Shown piece after piece: positions 34,005-44,775 of a DNA stretch of 55,732 nucleotides. The position numbers were made by a program, and so were the translations under genes. The notes under the pieces are model-generated. The model was not told the DNA's origin. It searched no databases and was given only the letters and a program-made list of their open reading frames with translations. Position 1 is the first letter of the stretch; each line of letters starts with the position of its first letter. This DNA is from a virus. Its lineage: Duplodnaviria > Caudoviricetes. The DNA lies in the IMG/VR virus record IMGVR_UViG_3300025769_000012, positions 1-55,732 of that record; one strand, 5' to 3'.

Positions 34005-36728
34005 TTAATTCCCCTGTCCAGTAGCTTGGTTCATGATTTCCTGCGCTCTTTCCAAATCTGCGGCATTGGCAGTATTTGAGAGAGTTAGGATTGGGCCAAG
34101 CAGACCTTCCAAGCGTTCGATTTCAAACAGTTTCTGGCTAAGAGTGCTATTAAGCGCACTGTCGATAGGCGTACCGCTTGCACGAAGCGTAAGAATGCGG
34201 GCTTTCTCGGTGCGCAGCTCTTCCGCCAAACGAGTAAGTTTGCGAGCTTCCGAAACAGGGTTGCGGAAGAACGAGCGTTCGTCTGGGAACAACTGAGCCG
34301 TGGTTTCCAGATCGGCGACCGCAAAGCGAGGCGATGCAGACAGCGCCGAACGACCAAATACGCGAACCATTTCGATGTACTGACGTGCATCCTGCGTATC
34401 GCGGAACATTTCCCCAAAATACTCTGGAGCAATCGTACCACCAAGCAGTCCGTCGACACCGGCATAAACCTTGGACCAGAAACCAGTACCCAACCGAGCC
34501 TGACGCAGCGCGTCACGGACGTTGTTTCGTGTTTCTTGGTTCAATGGATTGCCTTCGGCATCTGTCATTCCGCCGATAAGGTCATTTTCCATGGCATCCA
34601 AGGCTTCTTGCGCACCCGCGCTGACGCGAGCGTTGCGGTTAACCTCGTAAGCAATGGTGTTAGACACTTCAAAGCCATTTGACGGAACAGTGCGTTGTAC
34701 GCCATTTGCGTCCGTAAATGTGCGGCCACCGTCGTAGCTGGTGTAAACGCCACTTTCGAAGCCTTCGCCCGCTGGGACGTAGAAGCCACGAGGCGACACG
34801 TCTTCTGTACCAAGACGGAACATCGTTGCGGAACCCGGAGTTGCAGAGTTAAGGCGGTTAACATCCGCCACAACAGCCTGACCTTCCGGAGTTTTGATGT
34901 CCACAACACGCTGTTGAGGTTGACCGTCTGTACCCGGCATCGTAACGCGGAAGTAAGACGGTGTAACCGAGACGTCGCGGTCCAGAATATCCATGCTCTC
35001 GCCGGTACGCTCGTTGATACGAACGATTGTGACGCTGCCATCTTCGCCTTGAAGCGTTTCGAAGCGGTAGTCGGGATCGATACCAAGCAGAACCTGACGA
35101 TCTTCCAACTGCAAGCCTTCGAAGGCGTTGCGGTCCATACCAAACTTGCCGAAGTAATCGCGGTCCGTGAGGACAGGAAGACCCTGCAAGTATTGCTTCT
35201 GCGTTTCATCCAGACCGTTAAACTGCTCTTGCGTCATGCCAAAGCGGTTGAAGTAATCGCGGTCGCTGACTGGAGCGGTGTATGCCGTATAAGCATCCGC
35301 ACCATACTGAGAAGCAATTCCGTTAAGTTCGTTTGAACTCAAGTTTGGTGACGATCCTGCCGGATAAGTTCTGTTACCCAGAGTAACATCCATGTTCAGT
35401 GTTACCTGAGTGCGGTCTTGCGCACGAGACAGCAAGCTTTCTGGGCTGTACGTGCCCATGCGAACCGCGCCGCTATTCACCAAAGAGCTATAAAGAGCTG
35501 TTCCGGGGATCGCGGCCAACTGACTGCCGTCCGTCATCATGAAGTTTTCAGCACTTTGTGGGGTGCCCGAGGTCTTCGGCATGGCGCGAACGGTAACGTT
35601 TTCCATACCGTACTGTGCATAAAGCCCTTCTAACTGACCACGGGTCAAGGGCCGTTCACCGAGGTTTCTGGTAACGGGCTGGCCGTTTTCGTCCGTTTCG
35701 GTAACCGCTACGGAGTAAACATCACCAATGTCTTTATCTTGAGCGGCCAACGCTGCCGAGCGTTCTGCGCCATACAGGCTTTGTGCGCCTTGCAATGCCG
35801 CTAAGTCAAGCTGACGCTGTTCAGCTTTTTGGCCTTGTTTAAATTTGCCGAACTCACCAGCCCGCGCACCGATGTTGCCAAGAACCGGCGTAAATGCCTC
35901 CGCAAAGCGCGACACAGGGCTGACATTCCGCTCGCCCGGGGTGGCAAGCATCAGGCCGCCTTGCGCGATGTCAAAAAGCATCTGCGCTTGGGTAAGATTA
36001 CGCTGCTCTTCGAGGTCCACTGCGCGTTGCGCCGGATCGAAAAGCTGGCCGTAGAGGGCCCGCTGTTCGTTGAAGAGTTCTTGCTGACGGGCGTTAGGCA
36101 TGGAGACGCCGCCATCAGCCATGTACTGGACCGCGCCTCCTTGGTTAAAATTTACAGGAGCTGGGCCTCCTTGACCCGGCATTGGCGCTTCTTCCGCCAT
36201 GCTTACCGTCGACATAATGCCGCCAGCCATATCACCTTGTATTGGAGTATCCATTGCTTCGGGAGCCATGCTTCCGATGCCCTGATCTACCAATGCAACC
36301 TGCATAATCGGCTGAACCAGCGTCAGAACCGAGTCCGGCGTCTGTGCCGCATCTGCGTCACCAACTACTCCGGCCAGCTCCATGCGCCGATCTTGGAGAG
36401 GTGCCTGATCGCCGCGGATCGTGTTGATAATTTGCTCGTAATCTTCAGTTTCGGCTGCCGCGTCCAAGTTCCCGAAAGAACCGGCGGCTTGCTGAAGCAT
36501 TGATTCGAGGACCGCGGGGTCAATGCCTTGCTGCATGGCACCCATGGCGGCCTGATCCATTGGCATGTCCTGCGGGACAGGAAGAGCTGCTGCGGAAGGT
36601 GCCGGGGGCATTCCCATTCCACCTTGTGGAGCCGGAGGTGCCATCATCGGATCGCCTCCTGCCTGCATACGACGTACCTGTCCGCCATTGGCAAACATCT
36701 GTCGATCCATTACGCCTCTATTCATCAT
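34005..36728 (-). CDS. Internal virion protein
   Basis: 907 aa; four xxxGG motifs in the N-terminal part; duplicated DRDYF..FGM...F.GL unit. Confidence 0.7.
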   Translation of the reverse strand: MMNRGVMDRQMFANGGQVRRMQAGGDPMMAPPAPQGGMGMPPAPSAAALPVPQDMPMDQAAMGAMQQGIDPAVLESMLQQAAGSFGNLDAAAETEDYEQIINTIRGDQAPLQDRRMELAGVVGDADAAQTPDSVLTLVQPIMQVALVDQGIGSMAPEAMDTPIQGDMAGGIMSTVSMAEEAPMPGQGGPAPVNFNQGGAVQYMADGGVSMPNARQQELFNEQRALYGQLFDPAQRAVDLEEQRNLTQAQMLFDIAQGGLMLATPGERNVSPVSRFAEAFTPVLGNIGARAGEFGKFKQGQKAEQRQLDLAALQGAQSLYGAERSAALAAQDKDIGDVYSVAVTETDENGQPVTRNLGERPLTRGQLEGLYAQYGMENVTVRAMPKTSGTPQSAENFMMTDGSQLAAIPGTALYSSLVNSGAVRMGTYSPESLLSRAQDRTQVTLNMDVTLGNRTYPAGSSPNLSSNELNGIASQYGADAYTAYTAPVSDRDYFNRFGMTQEQFNGLDETQKQYLQGLPVLTDRDYFGKFGMDRNAFEGLQLEDRQVLLGIDPDYRFETLQGEDGSVTIVRINERTGESMDILDRDVSVTPSYFRVTMPGTDGQPQQRVVDIKTPEGQAVVADVNRLNSATPGSATMFRLGTEDVSPRGFYVPAGEGFESGVYTSYDGGRTFTDANGVQRTVPSNGFEVSNTIAYEVNRNARVSAGAQEALDAMENDLIGGMTDAEGNPLNQETRNNVRDALRQARLGTGFWSKVYAGVDGLLGGTIAPEYFGEMFRDTQDARQYIEMVRVFGRSALSASPRFAVADLETTAQLFPDERSFFRNPVSEARKLTRLAEELRTEKARILTLRASGTPIDSALNSTLSQKLFEIERLEGLLGPILTLSNTANAADLERAQEIMNQATGQGN

Positions 36729-38941
36729 CCAAATAACCCCGCTTTAGCTGCGCCGCCTGCGGCTGACAGACCGGCTATCCCCAGACCCAAAATTTGCTGG
36801 GCGGGGGATACTGTTGGTGCAGTGGTGCCAGTAATACTTTGCTGAGACGACGGAGCGCCTTTGTAAATATCTGACAAGAACGCCACACGTTGATAAGGCT
36901 CGTACATTTGTTGCAATTGCGTCTGGCGCTGTGCTTCCAGAGTTGCTTGCTGTTGAGCCTGTTGCTGTTTGCCAAGGTCGAACAAGAAGCCCTGCTCCCG
37001 CTGACCCATTTGCTGTTGTAGTTCGCCAAGAGAAGCCTGACGTAGACCCAGAGTACCAAGAGCTTCGCCTTGTGCAAGACCGAGCTGGCCGTACTGGGTT
37101 CCAAGACCACCGAGGCCTTCGCCAAGGCGGCCCAAAAGTTCTTGGCCTTGAATTCCAAGAGCGCCAGCCGCTTGAGAGCCTTGTACACCAAGACCCGCCT
37201 GCGCCTGACCGAGTTGACCGGCTTGAAGACCAAGCTGACCTGCAAGCTGTTCTGCACTGATGCCCATCTGACCGGCTTGCGCAGCGATATTGGCTTGCGC
37301 TTGCTGACCCTGAAGGCCCAAAGCTCCGGCTTGACTGGATAGCTGACCTGCAAGCTGGGCTGCATTCATACCAGTGGTTGCTGCCAACTGTTGAATATTC
37401 ATGCCTGTTGAGGCCAAGGCTTGTGCGTTTGCCGCAGCCATCTGCTCGCCAGACAATCCAAGTTGACCGGCGACCTGTGCGGCTTGAATACCTTGCTGAC
37501 CGATTTGACCCGCACCAGCTTGCGCCAATTGTTCTGCGGACATACCCAATTGGGCTCCGGACAGGCCAAGCTGGCCCGACGCTTGCTGTGCAGACAAGCC
37601 AAGCTGCCCGCCTTGTAGCGCCTGTTGGGCGGCAAGTTGTTCTGCTGTTAGACCCAAAGAACCCGCAGCTTGCGCCGCTTGCGTTCCAGCTTGCGCACCT
37701 TGCGCACCCAGAGCCCCGGTAAGTTGTGCAGCCTGTTGGCTCCGACCTTGCTGGGCCTCATAAGCTTGTTGAGCGCGTTGCGCGGCGCTTTCAAAGCCCG
37801 CCTGACGCATCTGAGCGGCAGTCCGACCTTGTTGTTCCAGTACGTTGCGGCCTAATTCGGCTTCTGCGACGGCTTGGCGTGATCCGCCGAATGCGCCTGC
37901 ACCAACTGCTTGCGCACCAAGTTGCTGTTGCTGAATTTGACCCGCACGAGCGACGTCTGCAAGTGCTTGCTGTACCGCAGCGTCTTCGTAACCGCTCATA
38001 AACGGGCTAATTTGGCTCGGATCAAAGGCTCCAGTGGTGCCTGCCAGACCGGCAATTCCGCTAATTGCGGAACCCGTCCCTAATGCGCCAGCTTGTTGTA
38101 GAGCCGTCGCTGCGTCGGCAGTAATACCGCGAGCGCCGGTTACAGCTTGTTGGCTTCCTGCCAAAGCATCTTGATATGCACCAATTCCGCCCACCCCCGC
38201 GGTTTGAGCGGCTTGTTGACCAGCAAGCGCCTGAAGGCGCGCTTGGTCCGTAGCTTGAAGAGTGTTTTGTTGTGCAAGTTGTTGCGCAGTTAACGCGCCT
38301 TGACCCATTGCACCGTAAGTTCGAGCGCCTGCGGTGGCCGTTTCAAGCTGGCCCTCCAGAGCCTGCCCAACACCGCGTCCACCAGTAGCTGCGCCCGCCG
38401 CAACGTTTGCAGCGTCTGATGCGGCTCCTTCCATCCCCATTCGTGCCGCACCAATACCCGCGGGAATAGCGTCATAGGCCGCTAACTGGTCGGCCATCGA
38501 CTGACTTGCGATGGTCCGTGCGCCTTGGGCCGCGGTCCCCATAGCGCCAGTCGCGGTTTCTACCGCACCGGCACCATAATCTATGGCACCGCCAATACCG
38601 GTTTGAGCCGCTTGAACTTGACCCGGAATATTTGCTGCGCCAGTGCGCATAAGACCGGCAGCTTCCGTTTGAAACGGGACGGCGTCCGCCATTACACCGC
38701 CAAGAGCGGTTTGTGCGTCGCCAAGCGTGTAGCCTGCTTCTGTCAGATACGGCTGATAACCGCCAATACCCTGTGCTGCGAGTTCCGTGGCGCTAACTTG
38801 GAGGGCCGACATGTCCGCCACAAGCTGCGGCGGAATTGTGATGCCTTGGTCTGCGAGTGCTTTTGCGGATTGTAGAAGCCCAATTTTATAGGCTTCAATA
38901 TCCGGGGCTTCGCGGACTATCTGTTCTGTTACTTCAGCCAT
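36725..38941 (-). CDS. Gln/Ala/Gly-rich internal virion (pilot-like) protein
   Basis: GAFGGSR motif, long AQLAGQLG-type repeats, hydrophobic C-terminus. Confidence 0.7.
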   Translation of the reverse strand: MAEVTEQIVREAPDIEAYKIGLLQSAKALADQGITIPPQLVADMSALQVSATELAAQGIGGYQPYLTEAGYTLGDAQTALGGVMADAVPFQTEAAGLMRTGAANIPGQVQAAQTGIGGAIDYGAGAVETATGAMGTAAQGARTIASQSMADQLAAYDAIPAGIGAARMGMEGAASDAANVAAGAATGGRGVGQALEGQLETATAGARTYGAMGQGALTAQQLAQQNTLQATDQARLQALAGQQAAQTAGVGGIGAYQDALAGSQQAVTGARGITADAATALQQAGALGTGSAISGIAGLAGTTGAFDPSQISPFMSGYEDAAVQQALADVARAGQIQQQQLGAQAVGAGAFGGSRQAVAEAELGRNVLEQQGRTAAQMRQAGFESAAQRAQQAYEAQQGRSQQAAQLTGALGAQGAQAGTQAAQAAGSLGLTAEQLAAQQALQGGQLGLSAQQASGQLGLSGAQLGMSAEQLAQAGAGQIGQQGIQAAQVAGQLGLSGEQMAAANAQALASTGMNIQQLAATTGMNAAQLAGQLSSQAGALGLQGQQAQANIAAQAGQMGISAEQLAGQLGLQAGQLGQAQAGLGVQGSQAAGALGIQGQELLGRLGEGLGGLGTQYGQLGLAQGEALGTLGLRQASLGELQQQMGQREQGFLFDLGKQQQAQQQATLEAQRQTQLQQMYEPYQRVAFLSDIYKGAPSSQQSITGTTAPTVSPAQQILGLGIAGLSAAGGAAKAGLFG

Positions 38942-40869
38942 TACGCTGTCGCCCTCCCGCGGCTCTCAAGATTACGCATGACCGAATACATGTTCTTGAT
39001 GCCGTTATTTAGGTTTCCGTTCCCCATACCGCGGACCGCGTCTGTTGTCATGACAAACTCGCCGGGCATGAGCATTGCGCGGACACTGTCCTGCCCCGGA
39101 ATACCCTCGTCGGGCATGATGCCGCCGTTGCGGCGCGGGAAGATCGCTCCACCGTCAGCCGCAGTCACATAAGGACGGGCAAACGGGCCACCGGGGGTGC
39201 TACCCTGAAGGTAGTTACCACCTTGGTTGTAAGTGTACTGAGTGGGGACCGAATACGTGCTGTATTCCGGTGCCCGGATGGTCAAATCGTTAATTGCGCC
39301 AACCGAAGAACTTGCTCGTGGAACGTAAGTGCCTGTTTCGGGGTCCAAAACTTGGTCGCCCAAGTCGGCAACAAGGTATTTACCCGGATCGGCGGCAACG
39401 AGGTCTTCGCCAGTAATAATATTGCCGTCTGCATCGCGCTGGGCGATGTCTAAAGGCTCGGCAGGTATTGGGCTAAACGCGCCAGAAGCCGCTGCGACAC
39501 CTGTACCGAGGGCCGCGAGCGGCCCATAAGTACGCAAGAAGCCCGGAGCTGCGCTTGCAACTGCCGATTCCGCTGCTTTAGTCGCAGTAGAGGCTGCCAC
39601 GCTTGGCGTCATGCCGGGCAACGTCATAGCGTTGTTGTAAGCGTCCGTATATGCCGCATTGCTAAGTTGCGTCGTTTGAGCGGCATTTGGACCTCCCGGG
39701 AAGAACGCATCCTTCATGCCTTGAGTAAAGCTGATGTCGTCGCCCGGAGTAACCGCCCCTTTGATGCTTTCCATAAAGCTAGGAGGCTCGTAGGCCGCGA
39801 CTTGCGGGCCAATCACTGGATTGACCGTCGCACCGGCAGGAATTTGACCGCCTGCTGGGATAGTCATACCGTTGCCGTTCGCCAAAGTAACGTCAACCGC
39901 GGAACCGGTGTTGTTCAGGCGAGCAATCGAGGTATCCGCCGTGCGAAGAGCTTCAGTTGCGTTAGTTACGTTCGGGTCTGCCGAGGAAACCGCCTCGGTG
40001 CGTACTGCACTGGTGTCGCCTGCGGCTTCGGATGCGCCTTGCGCTGTTTGTGCCGGAGCTTGCGCTGCGCCCGTCGGGACATACTCGCTGAAGAACCCTT
40101 GTTTGCCAGCGTTGGCCGCTTGAGCCGCTTCGCCGCCAAATACATTTGAAAGCGAAGTTTGTGCGCCAGAAACGGTTTGTCCAAAACGACCAATCGGGTC
40201 AGCTAGACCCGTCTTGATGTTTTCCATAAACCCGCCGCTTCCTGTGAAGCCTTGGAAGACTGCGCCCGTTGCGCCTGCAACCAAAGCAGACTTGAGGGCG
40301 TCTTTGATCGATCCGCCTTGTATCAGCGTTCCGATACCAGAACCAAGCGCCGCACCGTAGATAGGTCCGAGAGGCGTGAACGACAAAGCAATCGGCAAGA
40401 TGACGGGAGCCACCTTCTTGACCACTTTGACGACCGACTTAACAACGTTCTTAACGGCTTTTACTATGCCTTTAAAAAGCTTTTTAAGGAAAAACTCCGG
40501 TGCGCCTGTTTCAGGGTTCAAGCTGTTAGCTTCAGAACCCACAACGTAGCGTTCTGGGTCTTCGACACCCATTTCCCGCAAACGTTGAAAAATACTTTCT
40601 TTAAGCTCTTCGTCTTGCTCGATTAAAGCAAGCGGGATGACCAATTCCCCAGTTTGAAGGTGAGCAACAACGTCGTCGCCCTCGCGGCCCATAGCCGCCA
40701 TCTTCTTGGTCAGAGCAGGAAACTGTGCGATGCCCTCATCGCCGTATTCTTCGGTGCCGTCATCGTCTTCGCCGTAAACCGCTTCAATCTCATCATCGTC
40801 CATGATAAGATCGCCAATACCACCGTCGGGAACGGTTAACTCATCAATTTTTTGCGCTTCTACTGCCAT
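38941..40869 (-). CDS. Internal virion protein
   Basis: GDDVVAHL..GELV and DSVRAML.PGEFV domains, NPETGAPEF followed by a cationic amphipathic helix. Confidence 0.7.
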   Translation of the reverse strand: MAVEAQKIDELTVPDGGIGDLIMDDDEIEAVYGEDDDGTEEYGDEGIAQFPALTKKMAAMGREGDDVVAHLQTGELVIPLALIEQDEELKESIFQRLREMGVEDPERYVVGSEANSLNPETGAPEFFLKKLFKGIVKAVKNVVKSVVKVVKKVAPVILPIALSFTPLGPIYGAALGSGIGTLIQGGSIKDALKSALVAGATGAVFQGFTGSGGFMENIKTGLADPIGRFGQTVSGAQTSLSNVFGGEAAQAANAGKQGFFSEYVPTGAAQAPAQTAQGASEAAGDTSAVRTEAVSSADPNVTNATEALRTADTSIARLNNTGSAVDVTLANGNGMTIPAGGQIPAGATVNPVIGPQVAAYEPPSFMESIKGAVTPGDDISFTQGMKDAFFPGGPNAAQTTQLSNAAYTDAYNNAMTLPGMTPSVAASTATKAAESAVASAAPGFLRTYGPLAALGTGVAAASGAFSPIPAEPLDIAQRDADGNIITGEDLVAADPGKYLVADLGDQVLDPETGTYVPRASSSVGAINDLTIRAPEYSTYSVPTQYTYNQGGNYLQGSTPGGPFARPYVTAADGGAIFPRRNGGIMPDEGIPGQDSVRAMLMPGEFVMTTDAVRGMGNGNLNNGIKNMYSVMRNLESRGRATA

Positions 40870-41102
40870 TATCCCGCTCCACCAGTGATACCTTGCGGCA
40901 TGGTTACGTTAATAATTGTACTTCTCTTTTCCCCTCCAGTCCATGAAGAACCGCACTGCGGGCAGTTCCCATCGGGATAAGATGCAATTTCTTCGGGTGT
41001 ATCCACCTCATTACTACATGTAACACAATGCACCACATCTACGCTAGTAGAAGGTAGCCATTTACTACCGTTTGGCATTGTGATGATGGTTTTATCAGTC
41101 AT
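40869..41102 (-). CDS. Small Zn-binding protein
   Basis: CVTC...CPQC; GAGG RBS; TAATG coupling. Confidence 0.75.
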   Translation of the reverse strand: MTDKTIITMPNGSKWLPSTSVDVVHCVTCSNEVDTPEEIASYPDGNCPQCGSSWTGGEKRSTIINVTMPQGITGGAG

Positions 41103-41111
41103 AGTTTTTCC

Positions 41112-42209
41112 TCACAACTGGAGCTGGGATACATTTACCAGCACCGAGGGTGCCGACGGCGCGAAGGCTGATGCCGTTAATGCGTCCAACAAAACGTTTG
41201 TATCGTTCGCCGCCCAATACAGCTCAACGTAATCGGTGGCGGCAAGAGAGATGGTGTAGTTCAACGATATGGGCAAATATCCGTTGTTGGCGTCTATTGT
41301 CACAGCACGGGTTGAGTCGGCAACATCCGTGCCGTTCTTTCGAAGCCAGAAAAATATGTTTTTCGCACTGGCGCTCGTCGAAGTTAACTGGATTGTGGCG
41401 TCCACCTGATAATAACCAGCCTCGACAACGTTTAACCGCGACCCGCTGCTCAAGGTAACCCCGTTAGTGACGAGTGTGTCCGTCAGGGTAATGGCGGTTG
41501 CCGTGTTGATAGCCCCCAGCGTCTGATCGACCGCAGCGTCAAAACTGCCGTAGTCCAAACCAATTGGAACGGTAGGTCGCACCATGATTTCGCCGTCTGT
41601 GGCGTCTACTTTAAGCACCGCAGCAATAACAATCACACCATTTGGTGCCGTTGGGCGCACATTAGTAAGCAAACCGGCTGTAGTTGGCGAGACATACAAA
41701 ATGTCGCCCACACTCCACGTCTCTGCCCCGGGGCCCGTGGTGTCTAAACCCCGCACCTTGCCGTATAACGTCACCGGGCCAATATCTTGATCTGGCATGT
41801 CGTGCGTGGCTACACCCACAAAATACAGCTCGTTTGCCGTGTTGTTGGCAATATAGGGCGCAACCTTGATTTCGCCGTTTACCCCAACAAAACCCACGAC
41901 TTCGCCATTATTGATTTGGCTTCCGGTGTCGTTTTTGACCCGCATGTAGGTCTCAAAACCAACTTGCTGGACAACGCCGTCGCCCATCGTAATGTCGACG
42001 GTCTCTTCGTTGAGGTTCCACGTCATCTGGCCTTGGTCCACGTTCCCCGTGGCTTCCGTCAACGTGATTTCAGTGGCGCGTAGCGGCCCGGGGTTGATGG
42101 ATTGCTGAAGGTAAACAGAAAACGAGCGAACAACCTCGGTCAAGTACCGCTGGTCGTATTGAGCTGGAGGAAGTGGAAAGTAAGGAACCGGTTGACCGCG
42201 GGATGCCAT
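41112..42209 (-). CDS. Tail/needle-like structural protein
   Basis: 365 aa, beta-rich, C1q/BclA-like C-terminal pattern (GYYQV...DYVELYW). Confidence 0.65.
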   Translation of the reverse strand: MASRGQPVPYFPLPPAQYDQRYLTEVVRSFSVYLQQSINPGPLRATEITLTEATGNVDQGQMTWNLNEETVDITMGDGVVQQVGFETYMRVKNDTGSQINNGEVVGFVGVNGEIKVAPYIANNTANELYFVGVATHDMPDQDIGPVTLYGKVRGLDTTGPGAETWSVGDILYVSPTTAGLLTNVRPTAPNGVIVIAAVLKVDATDGEIMVRPTVPIGLDYGSFDAAVDQTLGAINTATAITLTDTLVTNGVTLSSGSRLNVVEAGYYQVDATIQLTSTSASAKNIFFWLRKNGTDVADSTRAVTIDANNGYLPISLNYTISLAATDYVELYWAANDTNVLLDALTASAFAPSAPSVLVNVSQLQL

Positions 42210-44299
42210 CAGCGCCTCCCATCGGGTCGCATGTCGTAGCGAAGGCTACCCAAGCGCCACGCAACTCCTGTGTCGTCGGACTGCACCTGAATGCTGAACT
42301 GACGACCACGAAGTCTCAAGTTAATTTGTTCCGTGTCGTCTCCAACCTGACTGGTCACCGTTTTCAGGTAATTACCGTTGCTGTAATTGCGTACACGCGT
42401 CGTAATATCAAGCAAAGGCACCGGGGCGCTTGAGTTTCTAAACCCAACATCGGGGATCAAACGGCTCAAGAACGTAAATTGCTGACCGTCGCCCATGTCC
42501 ATCGGGCTGGAGCTGACATATGCCGTAATAGCTCCCGCCGGGGACACGCTGCCGTCGTCAAATCCAAACTCGTGGTTGTACAAGAAATTGTCTGGCGATG
42601 CCGCAATCGGATATTGCTCAATGCCGCGGTCAATCCAGCAAGTACGAGGCAAGTTACCGTAATACCAGACCTGCTCTAGCGTGTTGTAGACCACATAACG
42701 GTCGTTTTCAGAGCTGCTCGAAGACGGGTAGAACCACCAAATCTCATTGTTTTCGGAGTTTACCGCTGCGGTGACCTTGTCAAACTGACCGACGTTGATG
42801 TCGTCAAAGACGTAATCCCGTACCGAACACGGAATTTTCTGAACCGCACCGTTGTACATGTAAAACTCAGAGATACCCATCCAGAATATCTGATCCTCGA
42901 CAGGAACCGCGGTCAGCGGTCCGGCAATCGTGGTGTTTTCAGAAATAAGCTGGATACCAAAGGTAAACGGAGGGCCAAGGTACTGCATTGCGTACATCGA
43001 GCTGTCCGTAAAGACGATAACCTGTTGGCGCGTCTCTACCGCAGTGACAATCTCGGACCCCGAGCCGAGGCGCAAGTCCCCCGCCGTAGTCAGCGCGGTG
43101 CTTTCCCACTCGGTCAGGCTCTCTTGGTCAGAAAACCGGATCAAAAGCGGGTCTTGTACGCCCGGATCGTTCTGTGGATCACACCCAAAAGCAATTACGT
43201 GGCGGTCACGGTCAGAGACCAAAACCTGCTTGGCAATTGTCGGTGTGTAATTTGCTCCCGCCAGCGACGACAGCTCAACACCGCGTGTGCTAGTGCCGTT
43301 GGTTTTGTCCCAATAGTAAAGACCACCGTCGCGGACGTTAAACAGCAAGTCCTCACCAAAGTTGTCGTGGCTCCAAATACGAAGCTTAGAACCCTCCGCC
43401 AAAAGGTTGGCAGCCGATCCCCACGCGCCGCGGGACCAAGTCCCGGCACCCCAGCCAGAACCCACAACCGTGGTGTCCAGACCGGTGTTGATTTGATATG
43501 CGCCTACTACTGCCGCGCCGCCGTTGCCGCTATCACCGGTTGTAGCAAAAACAGGGGTTTCGTCTAAACCGCCAGAAACGGTAATCGACGGGATCGTCGA
43601 TACAATACGCGCCGTGATGTAATAGGTGTCGTTGTCTTCAACGTGAACCACCTGATACTCTTGATTCAGAATATCTGCGGTAATTTCGTCGCCCAGAGAA
43701 ACCGCGCCAGAAAACGTCACGAAGTCGTCGTCATTACAGCCATGACCCGTGTCATTCACAGTGATCGTTGCGCAAGTAACCGCATCACCGCTGGTGTGCG
43801 CGGTTGCCGTCGTATCAAACTGGGCACGAACGCAGTTTTGCAAGTCGTTGCCCGAAACGTTCGAATACAGAATAATTTCGGAGTTGATCTTGATGTAGCC
43901 GTTTGACGGGAAGCCTGTCGTAGAAGACAGGGTAATCGTCACGTCGTCATCAGTAACGTTGCCGTTTAACGTGTTAGCCGCCGCGGAAAACGTGACGTCT
44001 CCCGCAGCGGTCGTAACGCGAATAGGTGTGATGTCTGAATAGCCGCCGCCTTCGTTAATGTAGTATTTTAAGTGCGTTCCCACACCCAAATACCGCTCAC
44101 CCGAAAGCGCCACCCACGGATGGAGAGCGCGGCAGGTGCCTAAAAAAGTGGTGGATGACAGCTTTTGCCATCCACCAATTTTTTCAGGAAAGCCGTAGCG
44201 AAACCGGACCTTGTCACAGTCGTACCAACCACCTTCGTTGGTGTACGAGGTTACCTCTCGGTTAATCCCGGGTCTGAACTGTAACTTGGTAAGAGGCAT
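42209..44299 (-). CDS. Tail nozzle/stabilisation protein
   Basis: 696 aa beta-propeller-like; RFSDQE...W, EIWWFYP, C-terminal PDGRR. Confidence 0.7.
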   Translation of the reverse strand: MPLTKLQFRPGINREVTSYTNEGGWYDCDKVRFRYGFPEKIGGWQKLSSTTFLGTCRALHPWVALSGERYLGVGTHLKYYINEGGGYSDITPIRVTTAAGDVTFSAAANTLNGNVTDDDVTITLSSTTGFPSNGYIKINSEIILYSNVSGNDLQNCVRAQFDTTATAHTSGDAVTCATITVNDTGHGCNDDDFVTFSGAVSLGDEITADILNQEYQVVHVEDNDTYYITARIVSTIPSITVSGGLDETPVFATTGDSGNGGAAVVGAYQINTGLDTTVVGSGWGAGTWSRGAWGSAANLLAEGSKLRIWSHDNFGEDLLFNVRDGGLYYWDKTNGTSTRGVELSSLAGANYTPTIAKQVLVSDRDRHVIAFGCDPQNDPGVQDPLLIRFSDQESLTEWESTALTTAGDLRLGSGSEIVTAVETRQQVIVFTDSSMYAMQYLGPPFTFGIQLISENTTIAGPLTAVPVEDQIFWMGISEFYMYNGAVQKIPCSVRDYVFDDINVGQFDKVTAAVNSENNEIWWFYPSSSSSENDRYVVYNTLEQVWYYGNLPRTCWIDRGIEQYPIAASPDNFLYNHEFGFDDGSVSPAGAITAYVSSSPMDMGDGQQFTFLSRLIPDVGFRNSSAPVPLLDITTRVRNYSNGNYLKTVTSQVGDDTEQINLRLRGRQFSIQVQSDDTGVAWRLGSLRYDMRPDGRR

Positions 44300-44300
44300 A

Positions 44301-44531
44301 TCATCCGTTCACTACTTCGGGCTCTTCTTCAGGCGCTTCGAGCGCCGCAGCGAGCATATTAACGAAAGCTTCGCGTCCGACAGCCAACTGGTCCATATTG
44401 AAACGAGCGTTGTCCATTTTTCGGCCAAGGTCGTTAATGTGGTTCAGCAACGTGCGCTGTTCTTCGGTCATGTCTTCGACAAAGTATTCTGTGTCGTTGA
44501 CTGTGATGGGGGTCTTTTCATTTTTTCCCAT
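44301..44531 (-). CDS. Small coiled-coil protein
   Basis: 76 aa; AGGAG RBS. Confidence 0.75.
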   Translation of the reverse strand: MGKNEKTPITVNDTEYFVEDMTEEQRTLLNHINDLGRKMDNARFNMDQLAVGREAFVNMLAAALEAPEEEPEVVNG

Positions 44532-44553
44532 GCTAGTCTCCTATGTTAAAGTT

Positions 44554-44775
44554 TTACGAGTTCGCTGCGATTGCAGCGTTTACCGCAGTCATATCTTCCG
44601 TTGTCCAGAAGTCTTTTGCAACCATTAGCTGTAGATGCTCTACGTTGCGTGACACAGTGTCAGCCCAATCAGCGTCTTCCATGTCCTCTGGTTGCCCAGC
44701 GTTTAGCAAGTCAACAGAGTGACCCATTGCGACATAATGCTGGGCAATCTCTTCTACTGTCGGTGTGTCTGTCAT
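44554..44775 (-). CDS. Small tail-module hypothetical protein
   Basis: 73 aa; RNVEHL..M....W motif; AAGGAG RBS. Confidence 0.8.
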   Translation of the reverse strand: MTDTPTVEEIAQHYVAMGHSVDLLNAGQPEDMEDADWADTVSRNVEHLQLMVAKDFWTTEDMTAVNAAIAANS

